A DNA stretch of 64,000 bases from an uncultured Planctomycetota bacterium (GCA_963849325.1 CAWKHF010000004.1:224001-288000), one strand, 5' to 3'. Shown: positions 1 to 9,962, counted from the stretch's first letter. The notes: generated by a model not told the origin, from the sequence alone. A program made the numbers and translations.

Positions 1-474
1 CCGGACCTCCGCCCCGGCGCCGCCCAGTGGCAGCACGCCCTGGAGGAGGCCGAGCACGAACTGGCGACGTGTGCCGGCAACGCTCAGCACGTCTATCATC
101 GTGGCCTGGATCGATGTCCGTGGTGCGTTCTGGCACGACAGCAAGGACGCGATTTTTTTTCCGGACTCAACCCGACATCGCCCGCCGCGCGCCAACCCGC
201 ATCGAGTAGCCGCTCTCCGCGATCCATCGATGGCAAACCGGGAGCGGCGGGCGCGGAGCGGAAGACGGTACACGATCCCCTACCGCCGCCTGTCGATTCC
301 GTTCCTCCCTCGGCGCCGCCGCCGGGTGGGGTCGAGAGGTTCCTGCAAGCGGTCGGCGCGAGCGTGGAGCGGCGCGGCTGGGTCGTGTGGCTGGGCGTGG
401 CCCTGATCGGCGCGGTCGTCGGCTTTCTCTACGCCCTGCAACGAGCGCTGCCGGACAAGAGCGCCGGTTTGTGA
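1..474 (+). CDS. 3' end of YegI-like (TerY-P triad) protein kinase with C-terminal TM helix; partial, 5' end outside window
   Basis: Frame 1 is open from 1 to TGA at 472-474 (not in ORF track). It reads PDLRPGAAQWQHALEEAEHELATCAGNAQHVYHRGLDRCPWC, matching the C-x4-H-x6-CPWC motif after YegI-type kinase domains, then a Pro-rich linker and WVVWLGVALIGAVVGFLY. Confidence 0.7.
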   Translation, partial: PDLRPGAAQWQHALEEAEHELATCAGNAQHVYHRGLDRCPWCVLARQQGRDFFSGLNPTSPAARQPASSSRSPRSIDGKPGAAGAERKTVHDPLPPPVDSVPPSAPPPGGVERFLQAVGASVERRGWVVWLGVALIGAVVGFLYALQRALPDKSAGL

Positions 475-509
475 ACGCGCCGGTGTCGTCAACGGCGATG
501 GGCGAGGTC

Positions 510-707
510 TCACCCCGGATGTACTTCTTCCCCGCTGGCCACCATCTGCCATTCGGTGGTGAATGCCATCTCGGCGGGGGCGTCCTCGGGGCGGATTTCC
601 GGCGGACGATCCTTGTCGATCAAGTGGTGCAGCACGTCGGCCAGCGCGTCGAAATCGTGGACGAGCCGCCGCAGGTTCGAGTCCCGGATAGTGGTCTGCT
701 TCTGCAT
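510..707 (-). CDS. small hypothetical protein
   Basis: MQKQTTIRDSNLRRLVHDFDALADVL...; GGAGGA RBS just upstream of ATG at 707. Confidence 0.55.
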   Translation of the reverse strand: MQKQTTIRDSNLRRLVHDFDALADVLHHLIDKDRPPEIRPEDAPAEMAFTTEWQMVASGEEVHPG

Positions 708-975
708 GGCGTCCTCCAACAGGTTGACCCGCGAAGAGAGGCAGGGTCCGGTCTCCCCGAAGGGAGCATGAGCCACCGGCGCGGTCCCTCGCGCCTTCGG
801 ATCCTCGTCGATCTCACTCGTGAGTTGTTCGTTACCCAGCTTGATTTCAGAAATGTTGAGGCACTATCCTCAGTTAACAGATTGTAACCGCTTTGGCAGG
901 AGATGCAACCACTTTTTCGCGTTTTTCCCGAGAAGATCAGAGCCCCAGGCGTGAGCGAGTCAAAGGGCAGGAATG

Positions 976-1034
976 ATCGGAGCCCGAAGCGTGAGCGAGG
1001 GATTTTTTCCCTCGCTCACGCTTCGGGCTCCGAT
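976..1034. repeat. REP-like palindrome, type B variant
   Basis: ATCGGAGCCCGAAGCGTGAGCGAGGGA-loop-TCCCTCGCTCACGCTTCGGGCTCCGAT; a degenerate half copy lies at about 939-959. Confidence 0.85.
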
Positions 1035-1055
1035 GGGACCGGGATAGCGTGTCGA

Positions 1056-1268
1056 TCAAGGCACGGGCTGAACGGCCTCGTTAAGAGGCGGCCATTCCTT
1101 GTCGATGCCTTCGTCCTCGATCTGGCGCATCTGGGTCTCGGTGATGTCGTACTGCTTGATGACGTGCTGCACGGATTCGGCGACACTCATCAGCCCGAGA
1201 TCCTGCGTGGTAACGAGCGTGTGAAAAATTTCTTGCCGTTGTTGGGTGGTCAAGCGCTTGGTCGGCAT
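1056..1268 (-). CDS. small conserved-looking helical protein (70 aa)
   Basis: MPTKRLTTQQRQEIFHTLVTTQDLG...IEDEGIDKEWPPL; AAGGAGGT RBS before ATG at 1268. Confidence 0.7.
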   Translation of the reverse strand: MPTKRLTTQQRQEIFHTLVTTQDLGLMSVAESVQHVIKQYDITETQMRQIEDEGIDKEWPPLNEAVQPVP

Positions 1269-1641
1269 AAGTACCTCCTTCTGGCGTTTGGGACTACGTC
1301 GTGCTCTCCCCCGGGCAACAGGATGCCCCGGCTCGCACCTGGGGCGATGGGGCTGGTGGGACCTGCGCAGCGTCTTCGCTGCATGCCACTCGTGGGGTCC
1401 GTCTACACGGGAGGGCAAAGGGCGCGATGGTTGAGACAGGGATGATGGAGCTTTCTCCAGCGGTTCCCCACCCGGAAAACCGCTTGTCTCATTTCCTCCA
1501 GTATATCCATCCCGAGGTAATTCGTAAGGGAAATTCCAGGATTTTTTCATGCAAGCAAGAGCGGGACGGATTACCCTGGGAAGACGGTTCGGGCCGACGA
1601 ACGGCCCGCCGATACGTGAGGCTCGATTCAGGACCAGGCAC

Positions 1642-3027
1642 ATGAGATCGGATCGACGAGTGACGAACGGGCGGCGAAGCGGCATCCGCACCGCGACGGC
1701 GGTTTTGACCCTCGCCCTGGCGGCCGTCACGCCCTCGGTGGGCGAGGATCGGGCGAGCCAGGGAAAGGGCAAGGAACGGACGGCTGACGTGAAGCCGCGT
1801 ATCGCGGCCGAGTACGACCGGCTGGAGACGCTGTACAAGCACCTGCACGCCAACCCCGAGCTGTCGTTCCACGAGGCGCGAACCGCCGCCCGCCTGGCCC
1901 GCGAGCTGAAGGAGGTCGGCTTCGAGGTGACGGAGAACGTCGGCGGCCACGGCGTCGTCGGCGTCCTCAAGAACGGCGACGGGCCGACCGTGCTGGTGCG
2001 CACCGACATGGACGCCTTGCCGGTCATCGAGCAGACCGGCCTGCCCTACGCCAGCAAGGTCCGCACGCGCGACAAGGACGGCAACGAGGTCGGCGTCATG
2101 CACGCCTGCGGCCACGACATGCACATGACCTGCTGGGTCGGCACCGCCCGCGTGCTGGCCGGCCTGAAGACCAGCTGGAAGGGCACGCTGGTCTTCATCG
2201 GCCAGCCGGCCGAGGAGATCGGCGCCGGCGCCCGGCATGATGCTCGAGGCCGGCCTGTTCAAGAAGTTCCCGCGGCCCGACTACTGCCTCGCCCTGCACT
2301 GCGACCAGCGACGTGCCGCACGGCTCGGTGGCTACACCGAAGGGCTGGCGATGGCCAACGTCGATTCGGTGGACATCACCGTCCGCGGCAAGGGCGGCCA
2401 CGGGGCCGCGCCGCACACGACGATCGACCCCATCGTCCTCGCCGCCCGCATCGTGCTCGACCTGCAAACGCTGGTCAGCCGCGAGACCAACCCGACCGAC
2501 CCGGCCGTGGTGACGGTCGGCTCGATCCACGGCGGCACCAAGCACAACATCATCCCCAACGAGGTGAAGCTGCAACTGACCGTCCGCAGTACCAAGGACG
2601 ACGTGCGCAAGCACCTGCTCGACGGCATCCGGCGCATCGCCGAGGCGGCGGCGAAGGGAGCCGGAGCGCCGCCGCCGGAGGTCCGCGTTCAACCCGACGA
2701 GTTCACGCCGGCGCTGTACAACGACCCGGCACTGACGCGCAAGACGGTGGCGCTGTTCGCGGACGTGCTCGGCGCCGACAAGGTCGAAGAGCCCGGCCGC
2801 CGATGATGGGCGGCGAGGACTTCAGCCGCTATGGCCGGGCCGGCGTGCCGATCTGTCTGTACTGGCTGGGCACGATTGCGCCGGAGCGCGTCGCCGAGGC
2901 GCAGCGCGAGGGCGGCAAGCCGCTGCCGTCGCTGCACTCCGATCACTTCGCCCCGGTGCCCGAGCCGAGCATCAAGACCGGCGTACTGACGATGAGCCTG
3001 GCCGTGCTGAATGTGCTGGGTAAGTAG
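1642..3027 (+). CDS. M20D amidohydrolase (hippurate hydrolase-like) with signal peptide; frameshifts near 2235 and 2800
   Basis: HANPELSFHE, RTDMDALP, MHACGHD, QPAEE, GGHGAAPH, GEDFS and LHS motifs spread across two frames. Confidence 0.9.
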   Translation: MRSDRRVTNGRRSGIRTATAVLTLALAAVTPSVGEDRASQGKGKERTADVKPRIAAEYDRLETLYKHLHANPELSFHEARTAARLARELKEVGFEVTENVGGHGVVGVLKNGDGPTVLVRTDMDALPVIEQTGLPYASKVRTRDKDGNEVGVMHACGHDMHMTCWVGTARVLAGLKTSWKGTLVFIGQPAEEIGAGARHDARGRPVQEVPAARLLPRPALRPATCRTARWLHRRAGDGQRRFGGHHRPRQGRPRGRAAHDDRPHRPRRPHRARPANAGQPRDQPDRPGRGDGRLDPRRHQAQHHPQRGEAATDRPQYQGRRAQAPARRHPAHRRGGGEGSRSAAAGGPRSTRRVHAGAVQRPGTDAQDGGAVRGRARRRQGRRARPPMMGGEDFSRYGRAGVPICLYWLGTIAPERVAEAQREGGKPLPSLHSDHFAPVPEPSIKTGVLTMSLAVLNVLGK

Positions 3028-3339
3028 CGGATCAACGAGGCCGATCGGAGGTCGGGACACGAGGGCTTACCGCCTCGGTGAGCTGCGCCGATTATGCCGG
3101 CGCGGTCATCGCCGACAACGCCTGGCCGGCGATGGGAGAGATTGATTCTCCCTCCTGTCCTCCCCTACAATCGACCTGCTTTTACCAACCTCCCACGCAC
3201 GTCGGGACCGAACCGGCGAGCGGCCACCGGACGGTTACGGACGATACCTTCTCTCCCAGGCACCGGATGCCGGCCGGAAGGGCCGCGATCCGGCGACGCG
3301 GGAGGCGTTGCTACCGTAACCGAAAGGGGAGTCGCAACA

Positions 3340-3720
3340 ATGTCGTTGCCGTCCGATCGCCTGCTGGAAGAGGAAACGCGCGGGAACGTGAGCCTGGTCC
3401 GTCTGAACATGAAGTCGCTCATCGAGTCGAACATCGAGCCGATCCGCACGCAATTGCTGGACCTGGCCGCCCAGCGCGAGGCCCATCACCTCCATCTGGA
3501 CCTGGGCCGGGTGGAGTTCCTGACCAGCACGGGGCTGGGTCTGTTCCTCTTGTTGCACAAGGCGATGCGCGAGTCCGGCGGCCGCCTCAGCCTACACAAT
3601 GTCAAGGAGTTGATCTACGAAATCTTTTCCGTCACCCGTCTGACCATGATCCTCGACGTTCGCCAGGAAGGGCCGGAGGAGCAACCGGAGAGCGCGGAAT
3701 CGGTGGCCGTGTCCGCATGA
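3340..3720 (+). CDS. STAS domain anti-sigma factor antagonist
   Basis: LDLGRVEFLTSTGLG, GGRLSLHNV...IYEIFSVTRL; GGGGAG RBS. Confidence 0.85.
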   Translation: MSLPSDRLLEEETRGNVSLVRLNMKSLIESNIEPIRTQLLDLAAQREAHHLHLDLGRVEFLTSTGLGLFLLLHKAMRESGGRLSLHNVKELIYEIFSVTRLTMILDVRQEGPEEQPESAESVAVSA

Positions 3721-3783
3721 GCCGATTCGATGGTTCGATCTCGACGGCAGCAATGCGGAAGCGGGGGGTTCGGCACGTCGGTC

Positions 3784-3996
3784 TCAAGCCTGCTCGAACG
3801 CTGCCCAATCCAGGCCCAGCTGACGGATGGCCGCACGCAGCGTTCCCAACCTCAAATCCCGCCCGCCGTGGTCGGGCAACACCGTCGAGCGGCGTGTGGC
3901 CGGGTTGGTCCATTTGCGGTGCGCCCCGCCGCCCCGTCGCGGCACCTCCTGGCACCCCAGCGCACTCAGCTTACGCGCCGCCTCGCGGTAGATCAC
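3784..3996 (-). CDS. hicA: HicA family toxin
   Basis: 70 aa, GGGAHRKW...TVLPDHGGRDLRLGTLRAAIRQLGL; GTG start overlaps the hicB stop (GTGA). Confidence 0.85.
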   Translation of the reverse strand: MIYREAARKLSALGCQEVPRRGGGAHRKWTNPATRRSTVLPDHGGRDLRLGTLRAAIRQLGLDWAAFEQA

Positions 3997-4238
3997 GGCG
4001 CCTCCACCAAGGCGTCCGACCAAACCACCTCGCCTCTGTCCGGCAAAGTCACCGTCGCCGGCAGCGCACGGCCTTCATCGACGTACAACTCAACCACCGC
4101 CGCCAAGGCGTCGCGGGCATTGGCGAACGCCTCGACCAACGTATCCCCTTCGGTCACCAACTCGGGCAGGGCGGGCGAGGTGACCGTGAAGCCGCCTTCG
4201 GGCTGAGGGCTGAACAGCAGAGGAACCCGGTACAACAC
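3993..4238 (-). CDS. hicB: HicB family antitoxin (short, no evident C-terminal DNA-binding domain)
   Basis: PEGGFTVTSPALPELVTEGDTLVEAFANARDAL. Confidence 0.9.
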   Translation of the reverse strand: MLYRVPLLFSPQPEGGFTVTSPALPELVTEGDTLVEAFANARDALAAVVELYVDEGRALPATVTLPDRGEVVWSDALVEAP

Positions 4239-4384
4239 GGAGCGAGCCTCCCTTCAAGGCCATAACGCGATCCCCGAGTTAGGATCGCACGCCACCGGGG
4301 AGTCGTCAAGCTGCGCCGCCGAACACCAACCTTCGATGCCACCCTGCCAAACGAGTAACCTCCACGACAACTTGCCCTTAGCTA

Positions 4385-4696
4385 CTAGCCCAAGCCGCCG
4401 CGGAGCCGGGCAAGAAGAGAAGAACGCGAGAAACACGCGCTGTCCACCTTGCCTTCTTCATCGCATGTCACGTCGGCTACTCCTCCCTTGCCGACCCAAG
4501 TGAACCAAGCGCCACCGTCACCGCTCTCGAAATCATCTTCTGGTCTTCCGAAAAGAACTCTCACTTCCTCTATCTTCATCCCTATCCGAATCCGTCGGAC
4601 ATTCGCCTCGGTAACGCCCGGCGTTGATTCCAGGCACTGGTCTAGAGCGCACCAGCCCAGTGCCCAGCAGAGTAACACCCATCTCCGCGCACGCAT
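4385..4696 (-). CDS. exported small protein, SmpA/BamE-like fold
   Basis: Hydrophobic N-terminus, RIRIGMKIEEVRVLFGRPED motif; AAGGAGG RBS. Confidence 0.6.
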   Translation of the reverse strand: MRARRWVLLCWALGWCALDQCLESTPGVTEANVRRIRIGMKIEEVRVLFGRPEDDFESGDGGAWFTWVGKGGVADVTCDEEGKVDSACFSRSSLLARLRGGLG

Positions 4697-4750
4697 GTTA
4701 ACCTCCTTGCCTCCCTTCGCCGAACTTGTTCTTCGAGCACGCCGGCGCAG

Positions 4751-4847
4751 TCCTAACGACAAAATTCAGCAGCAGGGCCGGCTGGGAGGACAAGATACTC
4801 CGCATAGCCGTAATGCCGGCCCTGCCTGCTGCAACGGCTGGTTCGGC
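4751..4847 (-). mobile_element. integron attC recombination site (solitary, no intI in window)
   Basis: Minus strand reads GCCGAAC-CAGCC-GTTGCAGC ... GCTGAAT-TTTGTC-GTTAGGA, with an extrahelical G in L'' and an inner CAGGGCCGGC/GCCGGCCCTG stem. It starts 7 bp after the stop of the upstream gene. Confidence 0.75.
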
Positions 4848-4853
4848 GTGGCT

Positions 4854-5493
4854 CTACAATAACTCCACTTTATGTGCGCGAGCAGCGACTTTTCGTAGAC
4901 TATCCGAATAACGCCATGCGGCTGTGCAGATCACGTTATATTCGCTTCTGGCAATTACAAGTGCAGGCAAATCGGTGGAGTCTTGAGTATCTCCGAGAAC
5001 TTCGTCATACAGTGCAGAGAGAACGTCTCTTAGCTTTTCCCATGAGATATCCACCTCGTGCCTCTCCAACTTCCAGCCCCCTTCGGCCAATAATTCCTTG
5101 AGTCGCTCTGGCGATCGATCCACAAAATCTTCCTGTCCAGACTCAGGGGAGAAGTACTCCGCTGGGATGGACCGACCAGGCAATCCGTACAGAGCACCCA
5201 AGGGGATGCGATCGAGGACAAAAATGTCTTGCAGCATCCTTTTCTGGTCCTCGTTTAACGCAAACCACTCGCCATTCTCCCGTATCCGTTCATTCGCGAA
5301 GTCCTGGTGAAGCAGTTTCTCAAGCCAGTCCATGTCATTGGTCAGGATGTTGTGCAACACCCGAATAGTCCCAGGACAGGCCGTCTGTTCCCGGGCACAG
5401 CGCGGGGTCGTTGCTTCTGCCGATTTTCACAGGCTCATAGTGGTCGTTAAACCTCCCCTCCATTTCATGGAAATAGACGTAGCCTGGTGTCAC
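4854..5493 (-). CDS. T5orf172/GIY-YIG nuclease-domain protein (gene cassette); frameshift near 5400
   Basis: GTG at 5493 gives MTPGYVYFHEM...VKIGRSNDP, then in the next frame QTACPGTIRVLH...LEKLLHQDFANERIRENGEWF. Lower GC than flanks. Confidence 0.75.
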
Positions 5494-5682
5494 GGTCGCC
5501 CTCCAACTGTTTCACCGCCGGATGGTGGAGCGATAAAATCACAATGGCAACGCATTGCTTCGTTTGCTCTGCCGGGAATCCCTTCGCCGAACCCGGCTTC
5601 GGGCGCGCCAGCGCGCTCGAATCACCGCTATTTCAACTTCACGGCGTTTCTCTGTCGAGCGAAATCCCTACCGGCCGCCGCC

Positions 5683-6679
5683 TCAGTGCGGCGAGCAGAT
5701 CACCGGGATGGCGATGGTTTGCGGCGTCGGCCGGCTGAGGTGGACATGGACGGCGCTGCGCAGGCCGTCGGCGGGGACTCGCGCACCATCGACGCGGACT
5801 TTCAACGTGGCGCGGTGGCCAGGGCCTTGTGCCCAGTGACAGTCGATCGCCGCGTTCCCCGACTCGACGCGCTCGATCCGCACTTCCTGATCGTCCGCCG
5901 CGCTCGAGAAGCACGATCCGCGCCGGCAGCGGTTGACCGGCTGCCTCCGATAGCAGAATCGAGCTAGGGGCCGCGCTCACCTGCTGGCGGGGGCGCTTGA
6001 CGATGGTGAACGGCACCTTCAGCTCAGGATACGTCGGGTCGGACGTGCAGATGCACAGGGACTCGTTATGGTGTCCTTCGGGACAGTCGGCGAGGACTTC
6101 GACCTGGATCGAACGCAGCCATTGGCCGGCGTCGTTGCGGCGCAGCTCGCCCAGGCGGGCGCGGACGTGCGGCGACGACGCCGATACGGCGCGGACGATC
6201 AGCGGCTCCGTCCGCCGGTCGATGACGGTGATTTCGTGGCTGATGGACGTATCGGTGTAGATGGCCAGCGAGGGCGGCTCGACGCTGATCTCCATAACGA
6301 CGCGAGCGCAGACATACAGGGGCAGCTCGTGCTCGACGCCATCGGTTTTATAGTGGATCGTGGTGCGCCAGCTGTTGGCCCCGGCCGGCTGCGTCAAGGT
6401 GTTGACCTCCAACAGCAGCGTGCCGGACTCGCCCGGCCGAAAGCGGCGCTGCTCCAGCTTCGGCGCCAGGCAGCCGCAGCTGGGACGAACGTCGGTGACT
6501 TCGACCGTTTCCCGGCCACGGTTGACGAACACGAAGCGGTGCGACAGCGGTACGCCGCTGCGCACCTCGCCCTTCTCGACGGTCGGTTCGGCGCATTCCA
6601 GTTCGGCGCGGACATCGGGCGTCCACAACAGCGGGATCGGCAGACACAGGACCAGCAGCGCATACGACCGGGCCAGCAT
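5683..6679 (-). CDS. DUF1573 (Ig-like) exported protein; frameshift near 5905
   Basis: Signal peptide, HRFVFVNRG, VRPSCGCL, PGESGTL. Confidence 0.8.
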
Positions 6680-6776
6680 GAAGTCCTCCCGTCGTTGGCG
6701 ATGAGGAAACCCGGACGATGGGGGCGATCCTCATACCCTTGCCCGTCCCGCGACGCAAGATCACTTCGCCGAAGTG

Positions 6777-6836
6777 GCCGAGCCGCGAGCGTCAGCGAGC
6801 GGTACGGTCTCCGCTCGCTGACGCTCGCGGCTCGGC
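6777..6836. repeat. REP-like palindrome, type C
   Basis: GCCGAGCCGCGAGCGTCAGCGAGCGG-loop-CCGCTCGCTGACGCTCGCGGCTCGGC. Confidence 0.85.
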
Positions 6837-7035
6837 GTTTGGCTAGGAGAAAAAAATTCCTGCCTGGACGTGACCCGAGACGATTCGTGAGCTAGGTTAG
6901 AGTATCCCGTCAAGCGAGTGTAGGAATTGTACGGCCCTTGCGGCCGTTTCCGCGGACAAGTCGCCGCGGTCCGCCAATCCTCCTCTGGCCCCGTCCGGCC
7001 GTGGCCCCGCGATCTCAACCTCTCGGGGACCAGCC

Positions 7036-8577
7036 ATGCGTAAACCATGTGAGGACGCCCTCCAAGCAGGGCAACCGGCACTCATCGTCACCTACGGCCG
7101 CACGACGCGCAAGCATCGGCCGCTGGACCGCGACATCCTCGTGCTGGGCCGCGCCGCCGGCTGCGACGTGGGCCTGTCATCGCCGGAGGTGGCCTCGGTC
7201 CATTGCCTGATCCTGCGCACGCCCGGCGGATGGCGCATCCGCGATTGCGCCGGCGGACGCCACGCCACGCGCGTCAACGGACGAGCCATCCACGAGGAAA
7301 CCCTGCACGATACCGATGTGCTGCACATCGGCACCTTCACTTTCGAGGTACGTCTGCCTGCTTCGAAGGCCACGCCGGTCCCAGGCAGCACGCCGGTCGT
7401 GGATGATCGCCTGGCGGCTCGCCTCAAACGCCTCCAGCGCTCGCGGCGCAACCTCATTCGCCTGGCCCTGCGGATGCGGCGACGCGCGCGTCCGAACAAT
7501 CCGTCGCCGCCGACGCTGGCGGAATTGGAACAGCAAGCGGCCCGCCTGCGTGCTTTACAGCGCGATTACGAAGCCCTGGTCCAGGAGTACGAGGGACGCC
7601 TCAACGTGCTGGAGAAGGCGGAGCGCGAGGTGTGCGACGAGCGAGCGACGCTGGAGCGCGAGTGCATCGAGCGACAAACGCGCCTGGAGCAGATGGAACA
7701 CGAGTTGGCCCGCCGACAGGCAGAGACCGATTCCCGACTCCAGGTCGGCCGGGAGGAGCGCCCGGAACAATGTTCCCAGACCGGGCCGGCGCACATGATT
7801 ATTCTGCAAACTCCGCCGGCGTCGACCGACGCACCCAGCGCGGCGGCCTACCACGAATTCACCGTTCAGCTCGACCGGCGCAGTCAGGAACTGAATCACT
7901 TCGCCGCTATCTCCGGCGCTCCTGGCAGCAATGGCAACAGCAAGCGGCCGACAACGAGCCGCTTCGGGAAGAGGCCGAGCGCTGGCGGAAGCAGTGCCAA
8001 GACCTGCAGGCCGAGCGGAACGCCCTTGACGCTCGGGCACAGCAACGACACGCGGAACTGGCCGACGAGCGCGACCGGGCACGCGGCGAGGCCGAGGCGG
8101 TGGACGCGGCACGGAAGGAACTGCAAGCCATCCGCGACTCCCTCAGCCGCGAGATCCACGACCGCAACGTCGCACTGGAGAAGCTGCGCCGCCAGCTGGA
8201 CCAGCAGGCAACCCAGGCGAACCTCGAACATTCCGGCGGCTATCGAGCGCGAATTGAACGCTTTTCGTCTGGAGCTGGAGCGCGACCGGCGTGATCTGAA
8301 TGCTCAGCTCGCCCAGCTGCAACAGTGCCAGGCCGACATGGAGGCGACGGCGCGGGAGTCGGAGCTGCAAATGTCCCGCGAACGGGCCGTCATCGCCCGC
8401 GAACGAACGGAGCTGACGCGCTTGCGCGAGGAGGCCCGCATGACCAGGGACCGCGCGGCACGCGAGGGCGGCGTGCGCGAGCGCCTGTCGAACCTCCACA
8501 TTCTCCGGCAGGAAGTCCTCGGCCCCCCCGAAGGCCAAGACAAGGCTCACGGACCGGGCGCGAGGATCGGACGGTGA
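7036..8577 (+). CDS. FHA domain plus long coiled-coil protein; compensating frameshifts near 7905 and 8240
   Basis: LGRAAGCDVGLSSPEVASVHC...TRVNG...LHDTDVLHIG, followed by E/Q/R-rich heptads. Confidence 0.8.
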   Translation: MRKPCEDALQAGQPALIVTYGRTTRKHRPLDRDILVLGRAAGCDVGLSSPEVASVHCLILRTPGGWRIRDCAGGRHATRVNGRAIHEETLHDTDVLHIGTFTFEVRLPASKATPVPGSTPVVDDRLAARLKRLQRSRRNLIRLALRMRRRARPNNPSPPTLAELEQQAARLRALQRDYEALVQEYEGRLNVLEKAEREVCDERATLERECIERQTRLEQMEHELARRQAETDSRLQVGREERPEQCSQTGPAHMIILQTPPASTDAPSAAAYHEFTVQLDRRSQELNHFAAISGAPGSNGNSKRPTTSRFGKRPSAGGSSAKTCRPSGTPLTLGHSNDTRNWPTSATGHAARPRRWTRHGRNCKPSATPSAARSTTATSHWRSCAASWTSRQPRRTSNIPAAIERELNAFRLELERDRRDLNAQLAQLQQCQADMEATARESELQMSRERAVIARERTELTRLREEARMTRDRAAREGGVRERLSNLHILRQEVLGPPEGQDKAHGPGARIGR

Positions 8578-9953
8578 TACGGCGCCGGCGGATCCTTGAG
8601 TCCGTCGCTGGGCCGGATCGTACCGCGGACGCCGAGTAGCTCCGGGTGTCGGGCCAGCTTGTCGGCGAACGTCTCCAAATCCTTGAGGATGCGATCCAGC
8701 CGCGGCATCGACCGCGCCAGGGAGTTCGCCGCCTGGTCGAGCTGATTGTACAGCGACGGATCTTTCAGCAAGCGCTGAATGGTGCCGTCCTGGTCGAGCA
8801 CGTTCATCAGGCCGCTCAGGTCGGTCAGTGCTCGGTTGACCTTGACCAGGCTCTCATCGGCGTTGCGGGAGATGCTTTCGCTGCGGGCGGCGAACGGCTG
8901 GGTCGCCTGCCGCACGGCGATCATCGCCTCGTCGGCACGGTTGAGCGTGGCGCTCATGTGCTTGGGCAAGGGCCGGCTGTCCTGCAGGATGCCGTCGAGG
9001 TTGCGCGAGATGCTGTCGAAGCGCTCGCTGGCGGTGCGCGAGTTCTTGAGAATGACCATCAGGTTGCGCTGGTTCTCTTCGTTGAGCACGTTGCTGACCC
9101 GCGTCAACACGATGTTGAGGTTTTCGATGGCCTTGGTGATACTGTCCTGGTTGGCCTGGATCCAGACGTTGAGGCGCTCGCCGATCCGGTTCCAGGTGCG
9201 CGCGACGGCGCCGATGTCGTCAATGTTGCGCTCCACGCCGGGAAGAGCCTTGCGTACGTCCTTGGCCAACCCCTGGTATTCCTTGTTGGTATTCTCCAGG
9301 TCGGGGAGAATTCGGCGCACATCCTTGGCCAGATCCTGATATTCCTGGTTGGTGCGGCGCAGGTCGGGGATGCTCTTGCGCACGTCCTTGGCCAGGTCGC
9401 GGTACTCGCGCATCGTCTCCTCGGCCAGCGGAGACATCCGTTCCAGTCGTTGCAAGGAGCGACGGATTTCGGCGAGCGTTTCCTGGGCCGACGGGGCGAC
9501 CTCGGAGGCGCGGTTGAGCAGCGTATTGACGTTGGCCGGCCTCATGCCGACGACCTCGGAACCCGGTTCCAGCGGCGAACGATCGACCTCCTGTCCTTCC
9601 TCGACCGCCAGCGGCACGAAATCGATGCTGACGTCGGTGCCGAGCAGACCGATGTTGAGCGTCGGTTGCTCGTTGCGGCGCAGACTGAAACGCGGATCGA
9701 TGGCCACCCGGACGCGGACGATGCCGCGCTCGTCATCGAGGACCACGTCGCGCACTTCGCCGATGCGCACGCCGGAGCGGCGCACCGGCGTGCCGGGTCC
9801 GACGCCCGGCGCGTCCACGAAGCGGATGGTGTAGAGGTTGCTGCGCTTGAACACGTTCGGCAGACTGCCGAACATAACCACGAGCGTACCCAGCAGCACC
9901 AGCGTCAGCAGCACGAACAGGCCGATACTCCAGCGCATGCTTCGGTCGGTCAT
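8547..9953 (-). CDS. mlaD: MlaD/MCE family protein with long helical tail
   Basis: N-terminal TM, GVGPGTPVRRSGVRIGEV, GLLGTDVSIDF; lies in an operon with MlaE and MlaF. Confidence 0.85.
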   Translation of the reverse strand: MTDRSMRWSIGLFVLLTLVLLGTLVVMFGSLPNVFKRSNLYTIRFVDAPGVGPGTPVRRSGVRIGEVRDVVLDDERGIVRVRVAIDPRFSLRRNEQPTLNIGLLGTDVSIDFVPLAVEEGQEVDRSPLEPGSEVVGMRPANVNTLLNRASEVAPSAQETLAEIRRSLQRLERMSPLAEETMREYRDLAKDVRKSIPDLRRTNQEYQDLAKDVRRILPDLENTNKEYQGLAKDVRKALPGVERNIDDIGAVARTWNRIGERLNVWIQANQDSITKAIENLNIVLTRVSNVLNEENQRNLMVILKNSRTASERFDSISRNLDGILQDSRPLPKHMSATLNRADEAMIAVRQATQPFAARSESISRNADESLVKVNRALTDLSGLMNVLDQDGTIQRLLKDPSLYNQLDQAANSLARSMPRLDRILKDLETFADKLARHPELLGVRGTIRPSDGLKDPPAPYHRPILAPGP

Positions 9954-9962
9954 GGCGATACC

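Noticed and set aside
4258..4286. Second attC (TCCTAAC...GTTATGG on the minus strand)
   Set aside because: Only about 25 bp with no L boxes; at most a deleted relic or a simple hairpin.
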